Origin: an uncultured Candidatus Saccharibacteria bacterium
GTDB lineage: Bacteria; Patescibacteriota; Minisyncoccia; Phycocordibacterales; Phycocordibacteraceae
Assembly: GCA_964546795.1 (NCBI GenBank)
Contig: CAZJKG010000002.1
Coordinates: 6,307 to 70,306, forward strand
Direction of reading: 5' to 3'
Length of the DNA stretch: 64,000 nucleotides
The notes beneath the pieces are model-generated. The model saw nothing but the letters and a program-made list of their open reading frames with translations. It did not search any database and was not told where the DNA came from. Shown piece after piece: positions 10,155 through 18,176 of this stretch. Numbering within the stretch: the stretch's first letter is position 1; each line of letters starts with the position of its first letter. The translations under genes were made by a program, and so were the position numbers.

Positions 10155-10772
10155 ATGCTCGACTTTCTACTCGCAACTGTACATCTTGACCCTCTCGCCA
10201 TCGTGAAGACAGGGAGTTATCTTGGCATCGCATTGATTGTGTTCGCCGAGAGCGGACTTCTTGTCGGCATCTTCTTTCCGGGCGATTCGCTCCTCTTTGC
10301 GGCGGGGCTGCTCTCGGCTGGCGGTTTCCTCTCCGCAGGACCCCTTATGATAATCGTCGTCGTCGCGGCGATACTTGGTGACTCGGTGGGATACTGGTTT
10401 GGCTCAAAAGCGGGTGAACGTCTCTTCGGGCGGGAGGATTCGCGCTTTTTCAAACAAGAATATCTCAAGCGTACTGAACTTTTTTATCAGAAGTATGGCG
10501 GACGCGCTGTCGTACTTGCGCGCTTCGTGCCTATAGTGCGCACCATCGCACCCATTCTCGCCGGCGCCGGCTCTATGAAATATCGAGTATTTTTGGCTTA
10601 TAACATACTTGGCGGATTCCTTTGGGGCATGGGTATGCTATCGCTCGGATATTTCCTTGGTTCGGTGATTCCCGACAGCGAAAAATACATAGTGCCAATC
10701 TCGCTCGTCATCATCGCACTTTCCTTCATTCCCATTTTCCTTAATCTCGCGCGCGGAAAACAGGCGATCTGA
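10155..10772 (+). CDS. dedA: DedA/VTT family membrane protein
   Basis: FAESGLLVGIFFPGDSLLFAAG, GDSVGY, ARFVPIVRT. Confidence 0.93.
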   Translation: MLDFLLATVHLDPLAIVKTGSYLGIALIVFAESGLLVGIFFPGDSLLFAAGLLSAGGFLSAGPLMIIVVVAAILGDSVGYWFGSKAGERLFGREDSRFFKQEYLKRTELFYQKYGGRAVVLARFVPIVRTIAPILAGAGSMKYRVFLAYNILGGFLWGMGMLSLGYFLGSVIPDSEKYIVPISLVIIALSFIPIFLNLARGKQAI

Positions 10773-10933
10773 TGGTGCTTTAAAAAGTGAAATACAGATG
10801 GCCACTTGACAATAATATATCTATATAGTATCATTTCATCCGGAGTGTCCGTAGCATATCGCTATGGGTATGTTCCTAGGGTTAGCGTGATGCTGGCCTG
10901 ATTAATGTGGCGTGACGCCACAAGGAGCAAAAC

Positions 10934-11356
10934 ATGAGAGGTCCGAGCAGGAATTCAAACGTGGATGCGATTTATGCCGAGTACCCGTTTCTCGAAAAGC
11001 TCATTTCAAGAAAGCGCATTGCAGAAGCGCAAGTGAAGCGCTGGGACGATGAATTGCTTGAGCAAAATCGGCGTCATTTCCGCCGTTATCACAAGCTTTT
11101 CCTGCTCCACAGGCAAGGAAAGATTGTGACAGAGGTTGGCTGGAGGTTCTTCGGTATATTCCCCTACGCCCTCGAAACCGTCGGACAAGCTCTTGCTCGA
11201 ATCGGCGATGACACCGAGAAGGTCCGTTATGCGGTTTACTTCTCGAAAGCTGTTGACCATCTCGTATTCTATAAATCCCCACGGGGATTTGAGAATGTGG
11301 CGGATTGGTTCCGTTCGAGGGTCATGGACTGGCGCCAGGTCATCCGCAAGGTTTGA
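10934..11356 (+). CDS. Hypothetical basic protein
   Basis: TTGACA-17-TATCAT promoter (10806-10834), AAGGAG SD, terminator hairpin at 11379-11410. Confidence 0.7.
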   Translation: MRGPSRNSNVDAIYAEYPFLEKLISRKRIAEAQVKRWDDELLEQNRRHFRRYHKLFLLHRQGKIVTEVGWRFFGIFPYALETVGQALARIGDDTEKVRYAVYFSKAVDHLVFYKSPRGFENVADWFRSRVMDWRQVIRKV

Positions 11357-11410
11357 GCCGGTTCGTTCCGTGAATACGAGGCCCCTTGCCGTTCAGGCAG
11401 GGGGTCTTTA

Positions 11411-11749
11411 TTATTGTGTATGGTTCCAGAAGTGGAAGACCCAGTTGACGATTGCAAGCACTACTGCAAATACGAACGCTGCCCAAAATCCGGCGACGAA
11501 AAATTCTGGTACGAGATACGATGTGAGCATCACCAAAAGCGCATTGATGACGATTGAGAAGAGGCCGAGCGTGAGGACGGTGATGGGAAGCGTGAGGATG
11601 ACAATGATCGGACGGATAAAAAGATTGAGCGCGCCAAGGACGACCGCCGCAATGACCGCGCCGATCGGGGTTATCGCAACGCCCGGGACGATATAAGCCG
11701 AGATAAAAATAGCAAGCGCCGAAATGAACCAATGAAAAAAGAGTTTCAT
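11411..11749 (-). CDS. Phage holin family / YvlD-like membrane protein
   Basis: LGALNLFIRPII..LTLPITVLTLGLFSIVINA motif. Start at ATG11749. Confidence 0.9.
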   Translation of the reverse strand: MKLFFHWFISALAIFISAYIVPGVAITPIGAVIAAVVLGALNLFIRPIIVILTLPITVLTLGLFSIVINALLVMLTSYLVPEFFVAGFWAAFVFAVVLAIVNWVFHFWNHTQ

Positions 11750-11870
11750 CCCGTTAGAAATAGGATGCAGGCACGCCAAAAATGACGCGATCGAACCCTA
11801 TCTGATTAGAGTTAGTAATTGAACTTGTTTTTATGTAAGTGATGCGTCCGCGATTTCTAACGGGATTCAT
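11745..11870. mobile_element. MITE-like element copy 1 with internal uORF (11754-11870, minus strand)
   Basis: TIRs CCCGTTAGAAA / TTTCTAACGGG, flanked by TTCAT on both sides; homologous to 53162-53290. Confidence 0.75.
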
Positions 11871-11877
11871 ATTAAAA

Positions 11878-12594
11878 TTACAGCGTTGCCTGTACGACAA
11901 GATAAATCAGCGCCGCTCCGAGAATCGTCATGATGGTCGTGAGCGCGCGGGGATGCCGATGATGACTCTCGGGAATGAGATCGCTCGCAGAGAGATAAAG
12001 GAACGTGCCGACAAAGACAGCTAGCACAAGTCCGATAGCCGATTCGGGAATGCGGAAAAGAAGCGTTGAAGCTACGCCGAGCACCGGGGCCGCCGCATCG
12101 ACAAGAAGCCATTGAAATGCTTGTTTCCAGCTTCCGCCATTACGCAATACGAGATTCACTGTATTGATGCCGTCCGAAAAATCGTGCGTCAATACTGCCG
12201 CAGTCACCACGACTCCCACCTCAACGGAAACCTGAAAGCCCACGCCGATGGCGATACCATCAAGAAAACTGTGTGCCGAAAGTGTAAGCGCGCCGAAAGA
12301 GCCGCGCGGAATATTCACTTCCTCATCTTCCTCATGTGTGTGCAGGAAAATGAGTCGGTCTAGAATGAGGTAACCAAAAAGACCAAAAGCGACAAAGAGT
12401 GCGATAGTTGAAGCATCGTGATACTGCGCACCAAGTTCAATTGCTTCGGGCAGGAGGTCAAAGAGCGCAACGCCCGCGACCGCGCCCGCGGAGAATCCGA
12501 GAATAAGGTGGAGCTTGTCGCGGAACCGGAGCGCAAAAAATCCGCCGATAAAAGTGGCGATAGAAGCTGCTAAGGCGACATACAGGATGGTCAT
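11878..12594 (-). CDS. ZIP family metal transporter
   Basis: GFSAG, LLPEA, HSFLDG, HDFSDG, LIPESH. Confidence 0.93.
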   Translation of the reverse strand: MTILYVALAASIATFIGGFFALRFRDKLHLILGFSAGAVAGVALFDLLPEAIELGAQYHDASTIALFVAFGLFGYLILDRLIFLHTHEEDEEVNIPRGSFGALTLSAHSFLDGIAIGVGFQVSVEVGVVVTAAVLTHDFSDGINTVNLVLRNGGSWKQAFQWLLVDAAAPVLGVASTLLFRIPESAIGLVLAVFVGTFLYLSASDLIPESHHRHPRALTTIMTILGAALIYLVVQATL

Positions 12595-12636
12595 AACACT
12601 ATTTCTTCTTGCAACATTTAGTAATTATGGCGCGGC

Positions 12637-13314
12637 TTATTTCAATAACGGATCAATTGCCTGACGGAAGGTGTTGTAGGGACGGGAGCCCTGAATGAGT
12701 TGCGTCCCGATGATGAAGGAAGGCGTCCCCGTGATATTCGCTTTCTGCGCCTCGGCACGGTCAGCAGTTATTGCCGCTTGATAGACGCTCTTATTTTCTT
12801 TCACGTCAGCGGCAATCTGTGCCGCATCGATGCCGGAGATGCTCGCATTGAGTTTGTCTATGGACGCAGCATCGCCAAATCCTTTGTCCCCTTCTTCGTC
12901 TTGCGCGGTGTACATCATAGTGCGCCATGCGAGATATTGGCTCGGATAGAGTTTCCATATGGAGCGGCCGTAGAGCGCCGCATCGATGGAATCGTTACCC
13001 AGGAATGCCATATCCATAAACACTATCTTTACTTTTCCCGTATCCGCATACTCTGTAAGCAATTGCGGCAGAGTGTTGAGCTCGAAGTTCTTACACACGG
13101 GACACTGATAGTCGCTCCAGAAAGCTATCGTAATCGGCGCATCAACTTTGCCGGCAAATGCATCACTCTCATCTATGTTCACATTCGCGATATCCACTGC
13201 TGGCGCTCCGGCAGGATGTTCGCCACTCCACACGACCGCGCCCGTGACAACAAGTCCTGTGAGTAGGACGATGACGAGTAAAAATATCTTCGTGCTTGTT
13301 TCGTTCATGTCCAT
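12637..13314 (-). CDS. DsbA-family thiol-disulfide oxidoreductase (CPVC)
   Basis: SDYQCPVC, GTPSF cis-Pro loop, N-terminal anchor. Confidence 0.92.
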   Translation of the reverse strand: MDMNETSTKIFLLVIVLLTGLVVTGAVVWSGEHPAGAPAVDIANVNIDESDAFAGKVDAPITIAFWSDYQCPVCKNFELNTLPQLLTEYADTGKVKIVFMDMAFLGNDSIDAALYGRSIWKLYPSQYLAWRTMMYTAQDEEGDKGFGDAASIDKLNASISGIDAAQIAADVKENKSVYQAAITADRAEAQKANITGTPSFIIGTQLIQGSRPYNTFRQAIDPLLK

Positions 13315-13325
13315 ACAACTGTAGA

Positions 13326-14024
13326 TTATTTGGCAAGTACGGCGTCTATCGCCGTCTGAAAGTCCGCATACGGATACGCGCCTTTGATGAGTTTGGTGCC
13401 GATGACAAAAGAAGGTGTCGCGTCCGCGCCGACCTTTCCCGCCTCGGCCTTATCAGCATCGAGCGTCTCCTGATAAACGCTTTTGTTCGTCTTCACATCA
13501 GCGGCGACTTTTTCCGCATCGATACCGGAGATGCCTGCATTGAGCGTATCGATGGACGCAGCATCCCCGAATCCCACATTTCCCTCTTCATCTTGTGCGG
13601 TATACATCATAGTACGCCAGGCGAAATATTGAATCGGATAGAGCTTCCAAATCGACTGGCTATAGAGCGCAGCCGTTGTTGAATCATCGCCGAGGAATGC
13701 GAATTCCATGAAAACAACTTTTACCTTTCCCGTATCCACGTAATTCTTAATGATGTCCGGCAAGGTGCTAAGTTCGAAGTTCTTGCAGTACGGGCACTGG
13801 AAGTCACTCCAGAAAGCTATCGTGACCGGCGCGTTTGCCTGACCGATAAAAGGATTACCGGAGGTTTTCACGTTCTTGATATCAACCGTTTGTGCCGCTC
13901 CACTATTTGCCTGAGGTGTTCCGGTCGAATTCAAATTGCTCCATACGACCGCGCCCGCGATAAGAAGTCCGGCGATCACGATGGCCGCCGGTAAAGATGT
14001 ATTCTCCGCTTCATTGGTTTCCAT
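13326..14024 (-). CDS. DsbA-family thiol-disulfide oxidoreductase (CPYC)
   Basis: SDFQCPYC, ATPSF, GAYPY; tandem paralogue of the adjacent gene. Confidence 0.92.
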   Translation of the reverse strand: METNEAENTSLPAAIVIAGLLIAGAVVWSNLNSTGTPQANSGAAQTVDIKNVKTSGNPFIGQANAPVTIAFWSDFQCPYCKNFELSTLPDIIKNYVDTGKVKVVFMEFAFLGDDSTTAALYSQSIWKLYPIQYFAWRTMMYTAQDEEGNVGFGDAASIDTLNAGISGIDAEKVAADVKTNKSVYQETLDADKAEAGKVGADATPSFVIGTKLIKGAYPYADFQTAIDAVLAK

Positions 14025-14076
14025 ATGAGAACGATGATACCATGCAGCCAGATCGCACAACCAGGAGGAACCGCTT

Positions 14077-14544
14077 ATGAACATCGCGACATTAGGGATC
14101 GTGCTTCAAGACAGGAATGTCCTTCTTGGTGAGAAGAAAAAGGGTGAGATCGGCACAGGCGTACTCTCGGGTCCGGGTGGCAAGCTTGAAGAAGGAGAAG
14201 CGTTTATTGAGTGCCTTATTCGCGAGACGCGCGAAGAACTCGCTATCGAGCTCGACCCATTCTCGCTTGAGTTGGTAGCCATCATTGATTTCTATGCGGC
14301 GGGTAAGATTGATTTCCGCGTGTACGTATATCGCACGGAAGTATTCCGCGGTGATATCAAAGAAACGAAAGAAATGATCCCTGCATGGTACCCGCTCAAT
14401 GACCTGCCCTATGAGAAAATGTTTGGGTCCGATGTTCACTGGTTTCTGAAGGCGGCGTGCGGCAAGAAGTTTCGCGCGAATGTGTACTACAAAGAGCGTG
14501 CGAAAGGTTTTATGCACATTACGTTCTTGCCGTTCCCCGAATAA
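14077..14544 (+). CDS. NUDIX hydrolase (MutT/MTH1-like)
   Basis: Nudix box GGKLEEGEAFIECLIRETREEL; ETKEMIPAWY. Confidence 0.9.
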   Translation: MNIATLGIVLQDRNVLLGEKKKGEIGTGVLSGPGGKLEEGEAFIECLIRETREELAIELDPFSLELVAIIDFYAAGKIDFRVYVYRTEVFRGDIKETKEMIPAWYPLNDLPYEKMFGSDVHWFLKAACGKKFRANVYYKERAKGFMHITFLPFPE

Positions 14545-14758
14545 CCCGGCCGCGCACCTCTGCACGGCCGTTGTTTTTTGGGCGAAGGGACGAATTAAAA
14601 AAGACAGTGGGACTTGGCCTAGCGGCCCGGAGCGCTGGCTTTTTTGATTCGCCCCGCTGTTTTCCATAACGGAGCACTTGACAGAATAATTGCAGTATGC
14701 TACACTGGTTGCAGAAAGTAGTCCTCGGGGAACCAACAAATCATAAGGAGGCCCTGAA

Positions 14759-15157
14759 ATGAAAAACCTTATTATTGTGCTTTCTCTGCTTTGCACAATT
14801 GGGTTTGCGGAAGTTGTGGCCGCGGAACAAAAGATTCAGATGGTTTACACTGAGTTCAGGGGTCATCCGGTTACAATATCTCTGGAAAATGGGATGGTTG
14901 CCCTACGCGTACGCGATGATGCAGGTTTGTTCGGCGACAACGGAACGGAGAGTTTTCTCAGAAATGAGACCGCGCGTCTCATGTCCAATGCCAGTGTCAT
15001 AGTCACATCCCGAGGAGGCAACGCCCCTTTCTGCAACATACATGTAACATCAGAGAAGGCGGGCGTGTTCCTGACCCTCGTCTTCGCATACGGAGAAAAG
15101 ATTGATAACAACACAATCAGGATAGTTGGGGTACCATCCAAGGTATCCTGTGGCTAA
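14759..15157 (+). CDS. Hypothetical secreted protein
   Basis: Signal-peptide-like N-terminus; TTGACA-17-TACACT promoter (14678-14706), TAAGGAGG SD, terminator at 15171-15208. Confidence 0.7.
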   Translation: MKNLIIVLSLLCTIGFAEVVAAEQKIQMVYTEFRGHPVTISLENGMVALRVRDDAGLFGDNGTESFLRNETARLMSNASVIVTSRGGNAPFCNIHVTSEKAGVFLTLVFAYGEKIDNNTIRIVGVPSKVSCG

Positions 15158-15290
15158 GTATGGATCTCATAGGGGCTCCTGGCGGAAACGCTGGGGGCTC
15201 CCTTTTTTACTACCGAGCGAGAGAGTTGAAAAATAAATTCTGATCTCTCTTTCCCGAACGAGCGCAGGGAGCAAGCTTTGTCTGCAAAGC

Positions 15291-16352
15291 TTATTGATAC
15301 TGAATGTAGATCGGCGCGGGAGTGAGGTTGAGTACTTCTTCGGTCGTCAAAAGGCCGGTGGAAGGCGGCTTCATATCGTTTTTATAAAACAGCTTGATGC
15401 CCGCGAATTGCACCGGCTCCGGATATATAACCCTCGTATACGTCCCTATTTTCAACTCTTTGGATCCGAAGCCATCCATGTCCATCACTATTTGGACCTC
15501 CGACAAGGGCTGTATCTTTTTATAATTTGTCACCATCGCCTGCGTGAAGCGGTGTATCACAAGCACTTTCGGTGGTAAATGATTATCTCGCACGAGGCCT
15601 GCGAGATATTCGGCGGCATAGTTCACATCAGCTGCGTCAAAGGTGCCGATGACCGTACCTGGTCGGTTGCCGTATTTCATTGAGAACTCGGGATCGATGG
15701 CGAGATGGACTTGAGGCATCCTCAAATATTTCTCAAGCATTGGGAGTTCACGCTCTAACGTGCTCTTCCCCACCTGTACATCGAGAAATACAATTCCGCG
15801 TATCTGATTCGCCAAATCAAGTGCATGCTCTATCTGGTCGTCCGGCATCCGTAGAATATAATTTCCTTCCTTGCCCGCAGTCGCCTGCGCCACCACTGCG
15901 ATGTAGTGAATGGCCGGCACCACTGGCGTCGTCGGATCGGCTACGGCCCACTCGGCCGTTGTGCTTGCGAGCATCGCGAGCAAGTGATCGGTCGGGTATT
16001 CTCCCAATACTCCCATCCCTTTAGAATAAAAATTGCCATAATAGGCGACGATGCGTTTGAAAGGCAGTATGGCGTCCGCATTCGGATAGACCGTCTTCAC
16101 TGGCCAGAGACGCGGCGTGCTTGATGCGATGTCCGCGGTCGAGGTCGCCATAGTAGATGTCGCGACATGAGCGAGCGCGAGGAGTCGCGCATCATAATCG
16201 GCCTTGTCCAGTACTGGCAGCGGAATGAAACGTTCCGGTGCATCGGCCGCTCCTGAGCGGTATTCCGTTGCAAAGAGGTTTGAGAAACCGACGGTATACA
16301 CGAGCGCAAGTGTGGCGATTCCTATACTCGCTCCGTGTTTTACCGTAGGCAT
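15291..16352 (-). CDS. Conserved exported hypothetical protein
   Basis: 353-aa ORF with N-terminal hydrophobic segment and conserved-looking motifs VAYYGN..GVLG, HLAIDPEF, MDGFG, GIKLFY. Confidence 0.8.
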   Translation of the reverse strand: MPTVKHGASIGIATLALVYTVGFSNLFATEYRSGAADAPERFIPLPVLDKADYDARLLALAHVATSTMATSTADIASSTPRLWPVKTVYPNADAILPFKRIVAYYGNFYSKGMGVLGEYPTDHLLAMLASTTAEWAVADPTTPVVPAIHYIAVVAQATAGKEGNYILRMPDDQIEHALDLANQIRGIVFLDVQVGKSTLERELPMLEKYLRMPQVHLAIDPEFSMKYGNRPGTVIGTFDAADVNYAAEYLAGLVRDNHLPPKVLVIHRFTQAMVTNYKKIQPLSEVQIVMDMDGFGSKELKIGTYTRVIYPEPVQFAGIKLFYKNDMKPPSTGLLTTEEVLNLTPAPIYIQYQ

Positions 16353-16398
16353 GTTCTACCGTATTCTAGCCGAAAAACGCGAAAAGCCCTACACGAGC

Positions 16399-16536
16399 CT
16401 AATCCTTCTTTGAAATGTGCTGCCAGAGCCAGATGCCCAGAAGAACGAGGTCAACAAACACCACTAGCCATGTGAGAAAGCCGTACGTTCCCACTCCTCC
16501 CATCATGCCTTCGTATCCGTATCCATATCCCATCAT
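16399..16536 (-). CDS. Small Met/Gly-rich membrane peptide (45 aa), not in the ORF track
   Basis: Translates MMGYGYGYEGMMGGVGTYGFLTWLVVFVDLVLLGIWLWQHISKKD*; follows the multicopper oxidase on the same strand. Confidence 0.75.
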   Translation of the reverse strand: MMGYGYGYEGMMGGVGTYGFLTWLVVFVDLVLLGIWLWQHISKKD

Positions 16537-16599
16537 AGGTTGCTGTGATTAGTTCACTGTAGTAATCGACCTTTGTTCATTATAATCCTTCTGCCGTGA

Positions 16600-18171
16600 T
16601 TATTGCACCTCGAAGCTGAACATCATTCCGGTTTCAAGGTGCTCGGCGATATGGCAGTGTGCCATCCATTCGCCGGGATTGGTGATAACAAGCAGAATAT
16701 CGACATATTGTCCAGCAGGAACGAGTACTGTGTCTTTCCACACAAGATTCGTTTGTGGTACGCCGTTCCGGTCAAGCACTAGAAATTGCTGACCGTGAAA
16801 GTGTACCGGGTGTTGCATCGGGTGGTCCGAATTTGCGTCGTTGCTGATTCTGATTTTCACAGCATCGCTGACCTTAAATTTCCAATGAATGTCCATATTG
16901 GCCTTATCGGTGTCTTCGTCCACAATTTTCCAATCCGTCATTCCCGTATTCGACATCGCATTCATCATCGCCATAGTGTCCTCCCATTCGATGCCGTCAG
17001 GACTAAGCATCATGACATTGCTCATAACGGTGCCATCCGACATTCTGTGACTACCGCCCATGTTGGACATCATGCCACCCATCATGTCGATGGTGAGTGT
17101 GAGACGTTTGTCAATCGGTCTGTCAAAATACTGGCGGTACGGATCAATACTTTCAACTGCTGCGCTATTGGTACGAAGTGTTGCAAATGCTTCGGCGTAG
17201 GACGGTAAAGATTCATCGCCTGACACTGAAATCATTCCGAGCGCGTAGGTCTTGTCGGGGGTCTTATGTTGCATCGTGTATGACCCCTCCCTATCAAATA
17301 AAACTTCTACGACCGCGCGTTCCGAAGGTCCGATGATAACGGCATTTTTCCACTCCTCGCGCTCGCTTGCGCCGCCATCTCCGCCGACAAGTTTCATTTT
17401 AACCCCGGAAATAGCGAAGTTAAACGGCCGGGCATTTGCCGAATTGGTGATGTAAAAGCGGATGACCTCTCCCGTTCTCACAGGAAGTTGATACTCCGGC
17501 TCACCATTGACGAGCATCACGTTGCCGAAGCGGCCCATGAGCGTGCGATCGGCTCCTTTCGTGCTCAGATTGATCTTGCCGTCTTCAATGAGAATGTCAT
17601 CGAAAAAGAGCGCGACCTCGCGATTAACGGGGCTCCAGTACGTAGTATCGGAGGGAACGACAAGATAATTGCCATAGAGGCCGAGTTCCTGCTCGAAATC
17701 CTCACGGACATGTGGGTGATACCAATACACACCAGCGTCTGGGAATTTGAGCTTGTAGGAAAATGTTTCGCCCGGATGCATCTCTTTTTGCGACGTCTGC
17801 GAGCCGTCAAACTGGTTGTCCATGCGAACGCCGTGCGAGTGTAGCAGGGTCGGCATGTCCATATTGTTCTTGAAGTTGATAGTGATCTGTGCTCCCTGCG
17901 GGACTTTAATGAGAGGTCCCGGGATCGATCCATTGTACGCGAGCATCCGATACTCCGTACCGTTAATGTTTTTCGCGACATAGCTTGCAGTGAGGGCATA
18001 GGTGTCGCCGTTCTTCAACTCGACAGTTTCAGACGCTTTTACTTCAGACAACCCGGCAATGTCGGTACTGACGTACGCATTACTTCCACTATACGGCGAT
18101 CTCTGATAGAGAAAGAAACCACTGATAACTACCACTGCAACGAGAAGCACATGTAAGTATTTTTCATTCAT
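16600..18171 (-). CDS. Multicopper oxidase
   Basis: HSHG, YWYHPH, HPVHFHG, WMAHCHIAEHLETGM copper motifs; Met-rich loop. Confidence 0.95.
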   Translation of the reverse strand: MNEKYLHVLLVAVVVISGFFLYQRSPYSGSNAYVSTDIAGLSEVKASETVELKNGDTYALTASYVAKNINGTEYRMLAYNGSIPGPLIKVPQGAQITINFKNNMDMPTLLHSHGVRMDNQFDGSQTSQKEMHPGETFSYKLKFPDAGVYWYHPHVREDFEQELGLYGNYLVVPSDTTYWSPVNREVALFFDDILIEDGKINLSTKGADRTLMGRFGNVMLVNGEPEYQLPVRTGEVIRFYITNSANARPFNFAISGVKMKLVGGDGGASEREEWKNAVIIGPSERAVVEVLFDREGSYTMQHKTPDKTYALGMISVSGDESLPSYAEAFATLRTNSAAVESIDPYRQYFDRPIDKRLTLTIDMMGGMMSNMGGSHRMSDGTVMSNVMMLSPDGIEWEDTMAMMNAMSNTGMTDWKIVDEDTDKANMDIHWKFKVSDAVKIRISNDANSDHPMQHPVHFHGQQFLVLDRNGVPQTNLVWKDTVLVPAGQYVDILLVITNPGEWMAHCHIAEHLETGMMFSFEVQ

Positions 18172-18176
18172 AGTAA

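Noticed and set aside
11411-11749. Prophage suggested by the holin-family gene
   Set aside because: This family is commonly chromosomal, and there are no phage structural, terminase or integrase genes nearby.
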